Made by a program: the position numbers and the translations under genes. Positions 11,598-22,061 of a DNA stretch of 64,000 bases are shown in pieces. Position 1 is the first letter of the stretch, and each line of letters starts with the position of its first letter. This DNA is from Fibrobacterales bacterium. GTDB taxonomy: Bacteria; Fibrobacterota; Fibrobacteria; Fibrobacterales; JAOPTW01. The notes beneath the pieces are model-generated. The model saw nothing but the letters and a program-made list of their open reading frames with translations. It was not told the DNA's origin and did not search any database. The stretch is taken from NCBI GenBank assembly GCA_051532035.1, contig JAOPTW010000014.1, positions 96,001-160,000 on the forward strand, written 5' to 3'.

Positions 11598-13031
11598 ATG
11601 ACTGATACTACACCAATGAATACTGAATATAAACATGGCTTTGTCACTGATATCGAAGTTGAAGCATTTGCTAAAGGACTGAGCGAGGATGTTATTCGTC
11701 GTTCATCTGCAAAGCGAAATGAACCTCAATTTCTTCTCGATTTTAGACTCAAAGCCTATGCAAAATTACTGACAATGGAAGAACCTAATTGGGCCAAACT
11801 CAACGTTCCCCCAATAGACCTCCAAGATATCGTCTACTACTCTGCCCCAAAGAAAAAGCAAGAGTTCGATAATATTGATGATGTTGATCCTGAGCTTCTT
11901 GAAACTTTTGCAAAGCTCGGCATTCCCCTTGATGAACAAAAACGTCTCGCAAACGTTGCAGTAGATGCAGTATTTGATTCAGTATCAATTGCCACTACGC
12001 ACAAAAAGAAATTGATGGAACACGGTGTAATCTTCTGTTCATTTTCAGAAGCAGTTCACGACTATCCAGAGCTTATTCAAGAACATCTTGCAAGTGTTGT
12101 CCCTGTGGGCGATAACTATTTTGCTTGTCTGAACAGTGCAGTGTTTACTGATGGGTCGTTTGTTTTTATACCGCCAGGTGTGAGAAGCCCCATGGACCTC
12201 TCTACTTACTTCAGAATTAATAATGAAGAAGCGGGACAGTTTGAAAGAACGCTTATAGTTGCTGCCGAAAATAGTTATGTATCCTACCTCGAAGGGTGTA
12301 CTGCACCAGAATTTAGTACAAATCAGCTCCATGCGGCTGTTGTGGAACTCGTAGCACTCGAAGGGGCAGAAATCAAATACAGCACCGTTCAAAACTGGTA
12401 TGCAGGCGACAAAGAGACTGGCAAGGGTGGCGTACTGAACCTTGTTACCAAACGTGGTATTTGTGCTGGAGATAATGCAAAAATTTCATGGACACAAGTT
12501 GAAACAGGATCTGCCATCACCTGGAAATACCCAAGCTGTATTTTAAAAGGCGACAACTCCATTGGTGAATTCTATTCAGTAGCTCTTACAAATGGCTACA
12601 TGCAAGCTGATACCGGCTCTAAAATGATGCACATTGGTAAAAACACCAAGTCGACGATTATCTCAAAAGGTATATCGGCCGACAACTCCTCAAATGCCTA
12701 CCGTGGATTGGTCAACATATCAAAAAGTGCATCCGGAGCACGTAACTACACTCAGTGTGATAGTATGCTTGTAGGTGAAACCTGTAGTGCACACACCTTC
12801 CCTTATGTTTCAGTTGGCAATTCTAAAGCAACCACTGAACATGAGGCGAGTACTTCAAAAATAAGTGAAGATCAACTCTTCTATTTTGAACAACGCGGTA
12901 TATCACGTGAAGACGCCATATCTACCGTAATTAATGGATTTTGTAAGGATGTATTTAGAGAGCTTCCCGCTGAATTTGCAGCCGAAGCCACAGAACTTCT
13001 CACTCTTAAACTCGAAAAGAGTGTTGGATAA
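11598..13031 (+). CDS. sufB: Fe-S cluster assembly protein SufB
   Basis: YFRIN...[42 protein letters not shown]. Confidence 0.97.
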   Translation: MTDTTPMNTEYKHGFVTDIEVEAFAKGLSEDVIRRSSAKRNEPQFLLDFRLKAYAKLLTMEEPNWAKLNVPPIDLQDIVYYSAPKKKQEFDNIDDVDPELLETFAKLGIPLDEQKRLANVAVDAVFDSVSIATTHKKKLMEHGVIFCSFSEAVHDYPELIQEHLASVVPVGDNYFACLNSAVFTDGSFVFIPPGVRSPMDLSTYFRINNEEAGQFERTLIVAAENSYVSYLEGCTAPEFSTNQLHAAVVELVALEGAEIKYSTVQNWYAGDKETGKGGVLNLVTKRGICAGDNAKISWTQVETGSAITWKYPSCILKGDNSIGEFYSVALTNGYMQADTGSKMMHIGKNTKSTIISKGISADNSSNAYRGLVNISKSASGARNYTQCDSMLVGETCSAHTFPYVSVGNSKATTEHEASTSKISEDQLFYFEQRGISREDAISTVINGFCKDVFRELPAEFAAEATELLTLKLEKSVG

Positions 13032-13043
13032 AAGGATTAGAAA

Positions 13044-13787
13044 ATGTTAGAGATAAAAGATATACACTGCTCTGTAGTTGAAGGTCAAGAAATATTAAAA
13101 GGGATCTCTCTTACCATCAAACCCGGTGAAGTACATGCGATCATGGGCCCCAATGGTTCTGGCAAAAGTACCCTATCAAAAGTAATTGCCGGTCACCATG
13201 CATATGAAGTAACCGCTGGTGATGTCACCATTGATGGTGAAAGTATTCTTGAAAATGATGTAGCGGATAGAGCTAATAAAGGTATCTTTATGGGCTTCCA
13301 ATACCCTATTGAAGTTCCTGGCGTTAACAATGCAGACTTCTTAAAAATGGCACTTAACGCAAAACGTTCATACGAAGGTAAAGACGCCATAAGTGACGAA
13401 GATTTCGAAACACTTCTCCAAAAAGAGATGGACGTACTCGAAATGACTGACAAATATCGTGAGCGTGGTTTAAATGACGGTTTTTCCGGTGGTGAGAAAA
13501 AAAGAAATGAGATTCTTCAGCTCGCCATTCTCCAGCCCAAATATGCTATTCTCGATGAGACCGACTCTGGTCTTGACATCGATGCACTCCGCATTGTAGC
13601 AAATGGTATAAATGCCGCCATGAGTGAAGATCGTGGTGTACTCCTTATAACTCACTACCAACGCCTTCTCGACTACGTCAAGCCTGACTTTGTTCACGTA
13701 CAAAGTGAAGGAACCATTATCAAGTCTGGCGGCCCAGAGCTCGCATTAGAACTCGAAAAGCAAGGTTACGACTGGCTGGTAAAATAG
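13044..13787 (+). CDS. sufC: Fe-S cluster assembly ATPase SufC
   Basis: GEVHAIMGPNGSGKSTL, GFSGGEKKRNEILQ, LDETDSGLDIDAL, ITHYQRLL. Confidence 0.97.
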   Translation: MLEIKDIHCSVVEGQEILKGISLTIKPGEVHAIMGPNGSGKSTLSKVIAGHHAYEVTAGDVTIDGESILENDVADRANKGIFMGFQYPIEVPGVNNADFLKMALNAKRSYEGKDAISDEDFETLLQKEMDVLEMTDKYRERGLNDGFSGGEKKRNEILQLAILQPKYAILDETDSGLDIDALRIVANGINAAMSEDRGVLLITHYQRLLDYVKPDFVHVQSEGTIIKSGGPELALELEKQGYDWLVK

Positions 13788-13796
13788 GATATCATT

Positions 13797-15008
13797 ATGA
13801 CAACAACAGAAATTTCACCATCAGTTCAAGAAGTCCTCGATATTCACGAACAACTCTGGATAAACATTGGACTCTCAAAACATAAAGAGATCAGTGACTC
13901 TGCAATGAGTCGATTTGCTGAGACGGGTCTTCCTGGTAAAAAACATGAGTCTTTTACCTATATCGATACAAAAAAAATTAATAGAAGTTCTTTTACTGCT
14001 ATTTGTGACAATGCAATACTAAGCGAGTCAAAAATTCCCGACAGTGTCAGTGCCATAAACCTACATGATTCTGATGGTGAGTACCTCAATATTCTTGCAT
14101 CTAACCTTATAGATGAGCAAGATCCTTTTGCTCTCATGAACTATGGGTTTTCTCAAAATATTCTCTGCTTTAATATCCCAAAAGACACTTTGGTTGACCA
14201 ACCGGTTATCCTCAATATTAATTCAGTAAATCAAGACGGCTCTAACAATGCTGTTTTTTTTAATAGACTTATTATAAAATGTGAAGAAGGCTCAGTAGCT
14301 AACTTCATTATCAAAGTTAAAAACAGCACCTGCCTCAGCTCTAACACCATCATTGATTTTGAAATTGGTGAAGGAGCCGCTATTGAAGCAGCACGTTTTC
14401 ATGAAGGACAAGAGAACACTTTTGATTTTTGTAAAATTAATGTGCACCAAGCAGCTAAGTCTCATTTCAAAACATTTTCAAATGATTTTGGATCAGCAAT
14501 GCTTCGAAACAACATTGAAGCTCACCTTGATGGTGAAGATGCTGACGCAGAGATCAGTGCTATCTCGGTTCTCAATAATGACCTTCAGACCCACAACTAC
14601 TTAAATATTCATCACCACGCTCCTCACTGTAATTCAACACAGCGGTTCTACAATGTATTGATGGATAGAGCACGATGTTCGATTGACGGAACCGTAAATG
14701 TTGACAAAGGTGCACAACAAACAGATTCAGATCAATTGATCAAAACGTTATTACTTTCTGATGATGCACGCGCCTCGACAAAACCAAATCTTAAAATTTT
14801 CGCAGATGATGTTTCGTGTACTCACGGTTCCACCTGTGGTTCACTCGAAGAAGAGGATATTTTTTATCTTACCTCGCGAGGTATTAGCGAAGCACAAGCT
14901 CGTGAAGTTCTGACACACTCATTTTACCTTGGAGAGATGAAAAAAGTATTTTCTTCTGACTACATAGAACAGATGAAAGTAAAACTCGAAACCCGACTTC
15001 AACACTAA
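13797..15008 (+). CDS. sufD: Fe-S cluster assembly protein SufD
   Basis: GAQQTDSDQ...LLLS...TKPNLKIFADDVSCTHGST...FYLTSRGI; position after sufC. Confidence 0.9.
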   Translation: MTTTEISPSVQEVLDIHEQLWINIGLSKHKEISDSAMSRFAETGLPGKKHESFTYIDTKKINRSSFTAICDNAILSESKIPDSVSAINLHDSDGEYLNILASNLIDEQDPFALMNYGFSQNILCFNIPKDTLVDQPVILNINSVNQDGSNNAVFFNRLIIKCEEGSVANFIIKVKNSTCLSSNTIIDFEIGEGAAIEAARFHEGQENTFDFCKINVHQAAKSHFKTFSNDFGSAMLRNNIEAHLDGEDADAEISAISVLNNDLQTHNYLNIHHHAPHCNSTQRFYNVLMDRARCSIDGTVNVDKGAQQTDSDQLIKTLLLSDDARASTKPNLKIFADDVSCTHGSTCGSLEEEDIFYLTSRGISEAQAREVLTHSFYLGEMKKVFSSDYIEQMKVKLETRLQH

Positions 15009-15019
15009 ACAGGTTGCAC

Positions 15020-16246
15020 ATGGTTATGACTCTTGATGTAGAAAAAATCCGTAACGATTTCCCCATTCTTAAAAAGACTTATGGCGATAAGCCACTAGTC
15101 TTTCTCGACAATACTGCTACAACTCAGAAACCTCAGTCTGTCATTGATTGCCTGAGCGACTTCTGGACCAACAACTATTCTAGTGTTGGTCGTGGCGTGT
15201 ATCGTTTAAGTGAAAATACTACTCAAGGCTTTGAACAGACCCGACAGAAAGTTGCGGAATTTATCAATGCAAACCGCCCTGAAGAGATTGTATATACTCG
15301 AGGCACCACTGAGTCACTCAACCTTATTGCGGCATCCTGGGGCAAAGCCAACCTTCAAGAAGGTGATGAAATTATCATATCCGCCCTTGAACACCACGCC
15401 AACATTGTTCCTTGGCAACTTATTGCACAAGACAAAGGCGCAATACTCAAGGTCATCCCCTGTAATGATGACGCTGAACTTATCATGGAGGAGTATAAAA
15501 AACTCCTCAGCCCCAAAACAAAGATTGTCTCTGTTACCCACATAGCCAATTCTACGGGTACTATTAATCCCATAAAAGAAATTATCGATTTAGCCCATGA
15601 AGTAGGAGCCGTAGTTTCCATTGATGGCGCTCAAAGCATAGCTCATGAAGCAATTGATGTACAAGCCCTTGATTGTGATTTCTTCTCTTTCTCAGGCCAC
15701 AAAATGTATGGTCCCACGGGAATTGGAGTACTCTATGGTAAATATGATCTCCTTGCAGCTATGCCACCTTACCAAGGTGGCGGTGAGATGATCGATACTG
15801 TTACCTTTGAACAGAGCACCTACACCACTCCCCCCCATCGTTTTGAAGCAGGAACCCCTGCTGTAGCCGAAGTACTCGGGCTTGGAAAAGCCATTGAATA
15901 CCTCCAAGAAATTGGACTCGATGCAATAGCAGTCTACGAACATGAACTTCTCGAGTATGCTACAGAAAAACTCTCTCAAATTGAGGGTCTTAGAATTATT
16001 GGTACCGCAAAAGAAAAAGCATCACTCATCTCATTTACTCTCAAGGCTGCACATCCTCATGATGCAGCAATGATATTTGATGAAGAGGCTATCTGTATTC
16101 GCGCAGGACACCACTGTGCACAACCTGTTATGGACCGTTTTGGAGTTCCCGCCACCAATAGAGCCTCATTTTCATTCTATAATACGACAGAAGAAATAGA
16201 CGTATTTGTAAAAGCTATTGAAAGGGTTAATTTCCTCTTTAGCTAA
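15020..16246 (+). CDS. sufS: SufS-type cysteine desulfurase
   Basis: FLDNTATTQKP, EHHANIVPW, DGAQ, FSGHKMYGPTGIG, RAGHHCAQP (group II). Start could be 15020 or 15026. Confidence 0.95.
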   Translation: MVMTLDVEKIRNDFPILKKTYGDKPLVFLDNTATTQKPQSVIDCLSDFWTNNYSSVGRGVYRLSENTTQGFEQTRQKVAEFINANRPEEIVYTRGTTESLNLIAASWGKANLQEGDEIIISALEHHANIVPWQLIAQDKGAILKVIPCNDDAELIMEEYKKLLSPKTKIVSVTHIANSTGTINPIKEIIDLAHEVGAVVSIDGAQSIAHEAIDVQALDCDFFSFSGHKMYGPTGIGVLYGKYDLLAAMPPYQGGGEMIDTVTFEQSTYTTPPHRFEAGTPAVAEVLGLGKAIEYLQEIGLDAIAVYEHELLEYATEKLSQIEGLRIIGTAKEKASLISFTLKAAHPHDAAMIFDEEAICIRAGHHCAQPVMDRFGVPATNRASFSFYNTTEEIDVFVKAIERVNFLFS

Positions 16247-16257
16247 TACTCATTTTC

Positions 16258-16291
16258 ATAAAAGCCCCTCTATACCTAGAGGGGCTTTTAT
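16258..16291 (+). terminator. Intrinsic terminator after suf operon
   Basis: ataaaagcccctcta-tacc-tagaggggcttttat perfect hairpin. Confidence 0.85.
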
Positions 16292-16631
16292 CTTTTATTC
16301 CCAAAAATCCCACACAACCGCTAATACACTTCCCTAAGGGTCAATCATTTAAGATTACATCACCCTTCCCCCCCCATTTGCTTGTCATCAGCAATAAAAT
16401 GCGAAACAAAATTTCCACAACATCCCCCATAGGGCTATCACTTACTTTAAGTAAGAACTTTTCTACGCCCCCTCTTCCCAAGAATTCAAACAAGCTAATA
16501 TCACTTACTTCCTCGCCACCCATCAAAATAGGGCGATAATCATCAAAAAGGGTCAATTAAAATAACATCCACCTCAAGCAATGCCCCGAATAATCGATAC
16601 TAGAGAGGCCCGTCTCACTTACCAAGGCAAC

Positions 16632-16677
16632 AACCAAAATCTTTACTTTAATTCACTATTCGCAATAGGTATATTAT
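16632..16677 (+). promoter_or_regulatory. Conserved promoter element, copy 1 (shared with 17921-17966)
   Basis: aaccaaa..ttt/aacttt......ataggtatattat aligns without gaps to the region upstream of the paralog. Confidence 0.55.
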
Positions 16678-16714
16678 CTCTACACACTATATACACACAA
16701 ATAGGAAACAAACC

Positions 16715-17755
16715 ATGAAAAAACTCATACCCCTAATGAGTCTTCTCTCAATCATGCTCTTCGTAGGATGCCTCGGTGAAGACCCAATATCAGAAAATAC
16801 AGACAATGAAAGCTCTTCAGAAATTTCATCAGAAGCCACAACAGATGATGACTCTTCTGCAGATGACAATTCCTCAAGCGACTCCCAAGATCCTTCATCA
16901 GACACCGCAGACGACTCAAGCGAAGCCATAATAATCAGCAGCGAAGAAACACCTGAATCAAGTAGCGAGACTGAAGAATCGTCAGAAAGTACTACAACCC
17001 AAGAAAGCTCTTCTTCTCAAACCTCAGATACAGTTAGCTCAGAAGAGATTACCTCTGACTACGACACCAAAGGCTCGACTTCACCATCAGGAAAAGGTAT
17101 TTTTGAAGACTGGGAAGATGGTGATGCCCAAAGCGCTCTCGCCAAAAACGTCGCAAGCGAAAATAACAAAGACACCGAAGATGCCGGCGGCTACTGGTAT
17201 GCCTACACCGATGACAAAGGCTCAACCCTTACAACAATCACAGGTGGAGACTTAGTTTCTGGAGATGCCGAAATTATCGAAGCGATCACCGACAACGCCC
17301 TTCATGTTATATTTAACAGCGGTAATTCTACAGAAAAATACCCAGTCGCTGGACTCGGCGTAAACCTCATGTACGGAACAACAGACGACGATCCAGATGC
17401 TCCACGCCCAGTAGACCTCACTGGATTGACCAAAGTCAAACTTCGCCTTAAAGGCACTCCATCAACCATCGTTGTCGCATTTTCAGCAATGGACGCAACC
17501 GACTGGGGGGCCTATGACTACGAATTCGCAATCACTGATGAATGGACCGAATACGAAATTACTTTGAACGACCTTAAAGGAAGTGCTGGCTCAGACCTCT
17601 CAAGCCACTTCATTGATGAACAACTCAGTGAACTCCTCTCAATGTCATTCTCGATTTCCGGAGCAGACAAAGATAAAGAGATCACACTCTCTATAGACCA
17701 CATCCAATTTGTCGGTATCGACGAAGCAACCGTACCCTATGTAGACCTCCCCTAA
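16715..17755 (+). CDS. Lipoprotein with Ser/Asp/Glu-rich linker and C-terminal CIA30/CBM11-like beta-sandwich domain
   Basis: Lipobox LFVGC; low-complexity linker; GGYWYAYTDD, GLGVNL, VDLTGLT, W....EW.EY.I....L pattern. Confidence 0.7.
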   Translation: MKKLIPLMSLLSIMLFVGCLGEDPISENTDNESSSEISSEATTDDDSSADDNSSSDSQDPSSDTADDSSEAIIISSEETPESSSETEESSESTTTQESSSSQTSDTVSSEEITSDYDTKGSTSPSGKGIFEDWEDGDAQSALAKNVASENNKDTEDAGGYWYAYTDDKGSTLTTITGGDLVSGDAEIIEAITDNALHVIFNSGNSTEKYPVAGLGVNLMYGTTDDDPDAPRPVDLTGLTKVKLRLKGTPSTIVVAFSAMDATDWGAYDYEFAITDEWTEYEITLNDLKGSAGSDLSSHFIDEQLSELLSMSFSISGADKDKEITLSIDHIQFVGIDEATVPYVDLP

Positions 17756-17772
17756 CAATCCAATCTACAACT

Positions 17773-17811
17773 AAATAGAAAAAGCCTGCATACGCAGGCT
17801 TTTTCTATTTT
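17773..17811 (+). terminator. Intrinsic terminator
   Basis: aaatagaaaaagcctgc-atac-gcaggctttttctattt perfect hairpin. Confidence 0.85.
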
Positions 17812-17920
17812 TACACTAACCACAAGTAGACATTAATATAAGTATTTTATCAATTATCGATTGTAGCGAGTACAATTCCAAGGACACCACTGTCCACATA
17901 AACCAACTTTTAAGGTATGT

Positions 17921-17966
17921 AACCAAATATTTAACTTTGAAGCAACACCACTTATAGGTATATTAT
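17921..17966 (+). promoter_or_regulatory. Conserved promoter element, copy 2
   Basis: aaccaaatatttaactttg...ataggtatattat, same length and spacing as 16632-16677. Confidence 0.55.
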
Positions 17967-17994
17967 GTTGACAATTAATTAACAGGAAGACACA

Positions 17995-19029
17995 ATGACA
18001 TTATTCAAAACGACTCTCATGCTCCTCGGGCTGACTTTTTTTGTTGGATGCCTCGGAGAGGACGCCACAGGAACAACAGCTGATGATAAATCATCACAAC
18101 AAGAAGAATCTTCTGATGCAACCGTAGCTCAAGATGAATCTTCCGACAATGGCGACGCCAATCAAGGTGAAGAATCTTCTGACACACAAGAAGACAATTC
18201 ATCTGAAGCGACAACCAATGATTCTTCTGAATCACAAAATACAGACGAATCTTCTGAAGCGACAACTGATGAATCTTCCGAAGCAACAACTTCAAACCCT
18301 GAATCATCTGCAACGGAAACAGACCCTGTATCCTCTTCTGATGCAGACGAAAACCCTGCCACCGATGGTATCGTATTTGAAAATTTCGAAACAACTACTG
18401 GTCAACTTGTATTTGCCAAAAAAGCCGGTAGTGAAGGCGGCCTCACAGCACTCACAGCTGGCGGATACTGGTTTGTATATGCCGATGAAGAAACACCTGC
18501 AGCTGGCGACGAGGCAAGCTCAGTTAAAAATGCTGACGGCGAAGTTATCGACACCCTTTTCTCTGCACTCATTGAAGATGATGCACTTCATGCATTCCTA
18601 CACGCATCAGGTAAAATTGAAGCTGCAGAAGGACGCCAAGCCACTATTGGCGTGAATCTTATTGGTGACGGTGAAGATGGACTATCAGTAGACCTCACTG
18701 GATTAACCGAAGTTACAATCATCGCCAAAGGCGATGGAACTCTCACTTGCGGGTTTAACACAGCAGAGCCTACAAGACCATGGGGGACATTTAATGGCCG
18801 CCTTGACCTGGGCAATGATTATGAAGAGCACACTTTTAAAACGACAGAGCTTATTGGCGAATTATATTCTGAAGTTTCAGATGAGCCACTCTCAGACTAC
18901 CTTGCGACCGTTACTCAATTTTCTTGTGACGCAAAATCTGGCGTCGAAAAACCAAAAGACATTGAAATCTATATTCAAGAGATCACAATGAAAGGCATTA
19001 CTTACGCTGATGTTACTATAAACGAATAA
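17995..19029 (+). CDS. Paralogous lipoprotein with CIA30/CBM11-like domain
   Basis: Lipobox FFVGC-LGED matches the upstream paralog (FVGC-LGED); GGYWFVYAD, IGVNL, VDLTGLT. Confidence 0.7.
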   Translation: MTLFKTTLMLLGLTFFVGCLGEDATGTTADDKSSQQEESSDATVAQDESSDNGDANQGEESSDTQEDNSSEATTNDSSESQNTDESSEATTDESSEATTSNPESSATETDPVSSSDADENPATDGIVFENFETTTGQLVFAKKAGSEGGLTALTAGGYWFVYADEETPAAGDEASSVKNADGEVIDTLFSALIEDDALHAFLHASGKIEAAEGRQATIGVNLIGDGEDGLSVDLTGLTEVTIIAKGDGTLTCGFNTAEPTRPWGTFNGRLDLGNDYEEHTFKTTELIGELYSEVSDEPLSDYLATVTQFSCDAKSGVEKPKDIEIYIQEITMKGITYADVTINE

Positions 19030-19040
19030 TACTTTTATAA

Positions 19041-19080
19041 ATAAAAAAGGGGTATGCAAAACGCATACCCCTTTTTTTAT
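19041..19080. terminator. Bidirectional intrinsic terminator
   Basis: ataaaaaaggggtatgc-aaaac-gcataccccttttttt between convergent genes. Confidence 0.85.
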
Positions 19081-19121
19081 TCTAGATATCTATACAGACG
19101 TAATACGCCGCTTTACCCTTC

Positions 19122-19511
19122 TCAAGGGAGCATCGGCAAATAATAATTATATAGAAAATCAACCTTAAAGACACGCAATTGAATCGTGTCTTTATAGAGA
19201 GCATCTTGAGCCGTGTCAAGCTCAAATATCAACCGTTCTTTTATATCCTCCAACCCCCCAACTGCCTGTGTAAGCTGGTAATATGTTTGTGGCCGTGTCG
19301 TCGTATCTACAAATGTATCTTGAAGTTGTAATTCGATATTATGTAAAAGTTTTTCCACATGATCCAACTCTTCAGTAGTCACTGTCTTAACTTCAACAGC
19401 AGATGAAGAACTCAACTCTTCTGACCCAACAGATGAACCTCCACAGCCTTGTGAAAAGATCAAAACATACAGCAACAAATAAAATAAGCTTAGAATAGAA
19501 ATAAAGTGCAT
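19122..19511 (-). CDS. Small putative lipoprotein, hypothetical
   Basis: ATG at 19511 after AAGGGA RBS; hydrophobic stretch then SQGC. Confidence 0.6.
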   Translation of the reverse strand: MHFISILSLFYLLLYVLIFSQGCGGSSVGSEELSSSSAVEVKTVTTEELDHVEKLLHNIELQLQDTFVDTTTRPQTYYQLTQAVGGLEDIKERLIFELDTAQDALYKDTIQLRVFKVDFLYNYYLPMLP

Positions 19512-19807
19512 TGTGTCCCTTTTGATTAATAGCGTAGCGACTGAGTGTGTAACACCACAGCCCCGCAACCAAATCAGGCTAAAAATAACAAATTGCCCCC
19601 TCAAGGTTCGTTTATTTTTGTTTACATTGCCACTCACCGTACTCCTCCTTCCAATAAAACTACTGTATTCAATTCTAAATTCAGCCAACATTTAATTTTT
19701 ATTAAAATTTTTACTCTTTATAGGTAATTATCGCCCTTTCTCTAACTGAGCTCTGCCTCAATATTGTATACTTCTTATAATCAATAACACACCACAGAAC
19801 TATACGA

Positions 19808-21184
19808 TTGACCACACACTCTTACACGAAACGGCACAGTATCTCATTTCAGACTTTTCAGGCAATAGCTATTGCTATCGCTCTATTGGCAACGACTCTT
19901 TTTTCGCATCACGACTCAATTCCTTATTATTACATCTCAAACAGACATACCAACCTCTCCATTCCAATTTTTGCATACCCCCCGCAACTTACAAAACTCA
20001 CTATCCCAATACTAAAAGAGCTGCACTTTAAAGACCCAGTAAATCACGGGGAGTCACTCCTTGAGATAAATAAACTTCTTGCCGGCCCACTAGGCGCAAC
20101 ACCAATTCATTCCCTTAAAAAGTCACAGGAACTCCTCTCTGAAATCAGAGCAAAAGATCCAATCAATAGAACCGCCGCACTATTACAAGCATTTCTATAT
20201 GCTCACACTGCTTCAATTGACTCAACAATAGTGTATCTCAGAAAAACAATTGTTTTTAATAAAGAGCACATCGACCTCATTACAGAGTCAGCAAAGATCC
20301 TTATATGGTTTGATCGGCATCCTGATGCTGTTCGTGCCCTTAAGTCTAGACTTCAACACGACAGAGACGATCCAGACATTAATGCACTTCTTGGCCTAAG
20401 CCACTACCACCTTAAAAATTACAAAGAAGCAATTGACGCATTTAAACGCAGCCTTAACCGCTCTCCTAATCACATTATATCGCTATCAGGTCTCGGGTGG
20501 TTATTAACCAACCACCATACCTTGGTTGACAAAGGCATTTACTACCAAGAAAAAGCATGGAGACTCAATAAGAAGCAATTAACTACTGGAATTAATCTTG
20601 GTCTCATCTATCTAACCCAATCCGAATTTTCCAAAGCAGAATCCTACTTTAGAGAGGTACTTACCTTCTCCCCTCACCACACGGGAGCCCTATCAGGCCT
20701 AATAGGGGCACTTAAAGGTCATCTCAATAAAAGCAATTCTACTGAAAATAGTATGAAAAAAGAGCTTCTTTCATTACACAAACAACTGTTACACTACTCA
20801 AATGACTCTCAAAAGCGTCTCATTATGGTTAATCTTGCACAAAGCTATTTAGAAAATGACTCTATTGATCTGGCAGTATCCATTTGTGAAAAAGCTTATT
20901 TACTAAACGATAGAGACGCCAGCGTAAAAATGGCTCTTATTGACCTCTATGAGAAAAGTTTTTATGCTATTATAGACAACAAATCAGCTCCACTCTCTCA
21001 CGCCATAACCCAGGCAATAAATTCACTGAATATCCTCCCATACCGCACCAAACTCTTTCAACAAAAGCACACAGAGTATCAAACACTCATAAAACGTGCA
21101 ATTGAGAAACAGGACCCATCTGCAATTACTCCTGATATTCAGTTTCTCATCCAAGAGTTTGAGGCTCTTTCGGCAGATAACTAA
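19808..21184 (+). CDS. Exported tetratricopeptide-repeat protein
   Basis: Hydrophobic N-terminus; TPR patterns (LLGLSHYHLKNYKEAIDAFKRSL...P; NLGLIYL...AESYFREVL..SP). TTG start uncertain. Confidence 0.75.
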   Translation: MTTHSYTKRHSISFQTFQAIAIAIALLATTLFSHHDSIPYYYISNRHTNLSIPIFAYPPQLTKLTIPILKELHFKDPVNHGESLLEINKLLAGPLGATPIHSLKKSQELLSEIRAKDPINRTAALLQAFLYAHTASIDSTIVYLRKTIVFNKEHIDLITESAKILIWFDRHPDAVRALKSRLQHDRDDPDINALLGLSHYHLKNYKEAIDAFKRSLNRSPNHIISLSGLGWLLTNHHTLVDKGIYYQEKAWRLNKKQLTTGINLGLIYLTQSEFSKAESYFREVLTFSPHHTGALSGLIGALKGHLNKSNSTENSMKKELLSLHKQLLHYSNDSQKRLIMVNLAQSYLENDSIDLAVSICEKAYLLNDRDASVKMALIDLYEKSFYAIIDNKSAPLSHAITQAINSLNILPYRTKLFQQKHTEYQTLIKRAIEKQDPSAITPDIQFLIQEFEALSADN

Positions 21185-21285
21185 TACTGATTAAATACTC
21201 GAGACCAAAACTCTATCATTTTTTCCAACTTTTCTATATAAATTAATGGTACCATTAACTCTATACACCCACACACTGGCAACAT

Positions 21286-22053
21286 ATGATACGATGGACT
21301 TTGCTCATAATTATCATTGCAGGTTTGCACAATACATTTTCTCGCGAAAACTGTAGTAGTAGACGAGATTACTATTTTAGATACAACAAAGAAGCCCCTG
21401 AAGCAACCCCCGAACAACAGCCATCGGAGTATTATGTTCTCCAATACTCATGGTCACCAGACAATTGCAAAGCTCCAGGGATAAAAAATCGCCCCGGCCA
21501 GCCTGACTTTCTTCAATGTGGTAGAGGGCAATCATTTGGGTATATTCTTGACGGACTTATACCGAGGGGACCACTTAAAAACAATTTTGAACCTCATTAC
21601 TGTGAGGGCGACCAACCTAAGATAGCCCAGAGTATCCTCAATGGATACCTTTGCATGACTCCCAGCTTGAAAACACTCCAATATAATTTTGAAAAATTCG
21701 GTACATGCCTCCATGATGAAAGAATTGAAACACCTGAACTCTATTTTGAGACAAGCTTTATGCTCCACAATTCCCTCACTCTCCCCACTGAAAAAGTGGC
21801 CGCATCACTCGAGTCACTACAATGGTGGCACAAAAAAAATCCACGACTCAAAAAAGCTTCTATTAAGTTCCACAATAATCGCTGGTATTTCTGTTTTGAC
21901 AACAAGCTGCAATCAATTGCCTGTCCTCAAAAAGAGTGGGATCGAGACACCTTTAAACATCGAGGTCTTCGCTCTACACGAAAAACACTCAATTCCTTTC
22001 TTCGGTTTACTGAGTACTATAAAAATATTGATTCTTTAAGAAGTGAAGAGTAG
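21286..22053 (+). CDS. Secreted ribonuclease T2-family homolog, probably catalytically dead
   Basis: Signal peptide; YYVLQYSWSPDNC; CAS I reads YILDGLIP (normally HGLWP); CAS II reads QYNFEKFGTC (normally HEWxKHGTC). Confidence 0.75.
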   Translation: MIRWTLLIIIIAGLHNTFSRENCSSRRDYYFRYNKEAPEATPEQQPSEYYVLQYSWSPDNCKAPGIKNRPGQPDFLQCGRGQSFGYILDGLIPRGPLKNNFEPHYCEGDQPKIAQSILNGYLCMTPSLKTLQYNFEKFGTCLHDERIETPELYFETSFMLHNSLTLPTEKVAASLESLQWWHKKNPRLKKASIKFHNNRWYFCFDNKLQSIACPQKEWDRDTFKHRGLRSTRKTLNSFLRFTEYYKNIDSLRSEE

Positions 22054-22061
22054 GCCTCTTA

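Noticed and set aside
16292..16620. Intergenic region with short direct repeats (tatcacttactt twice, aagggtcaat twice) and a 71-aa minus ORF
   Set aside because: No recognisable RNA fold, regular period or protein motif; not distinguishable from chance.
19512..19727. Upstream extension of the 19122 ORF and short plus-strand ORFs
   Set aside because: The RBS and signal peptide fit ATG 19511; the rest looks like divergent promoter DNA.
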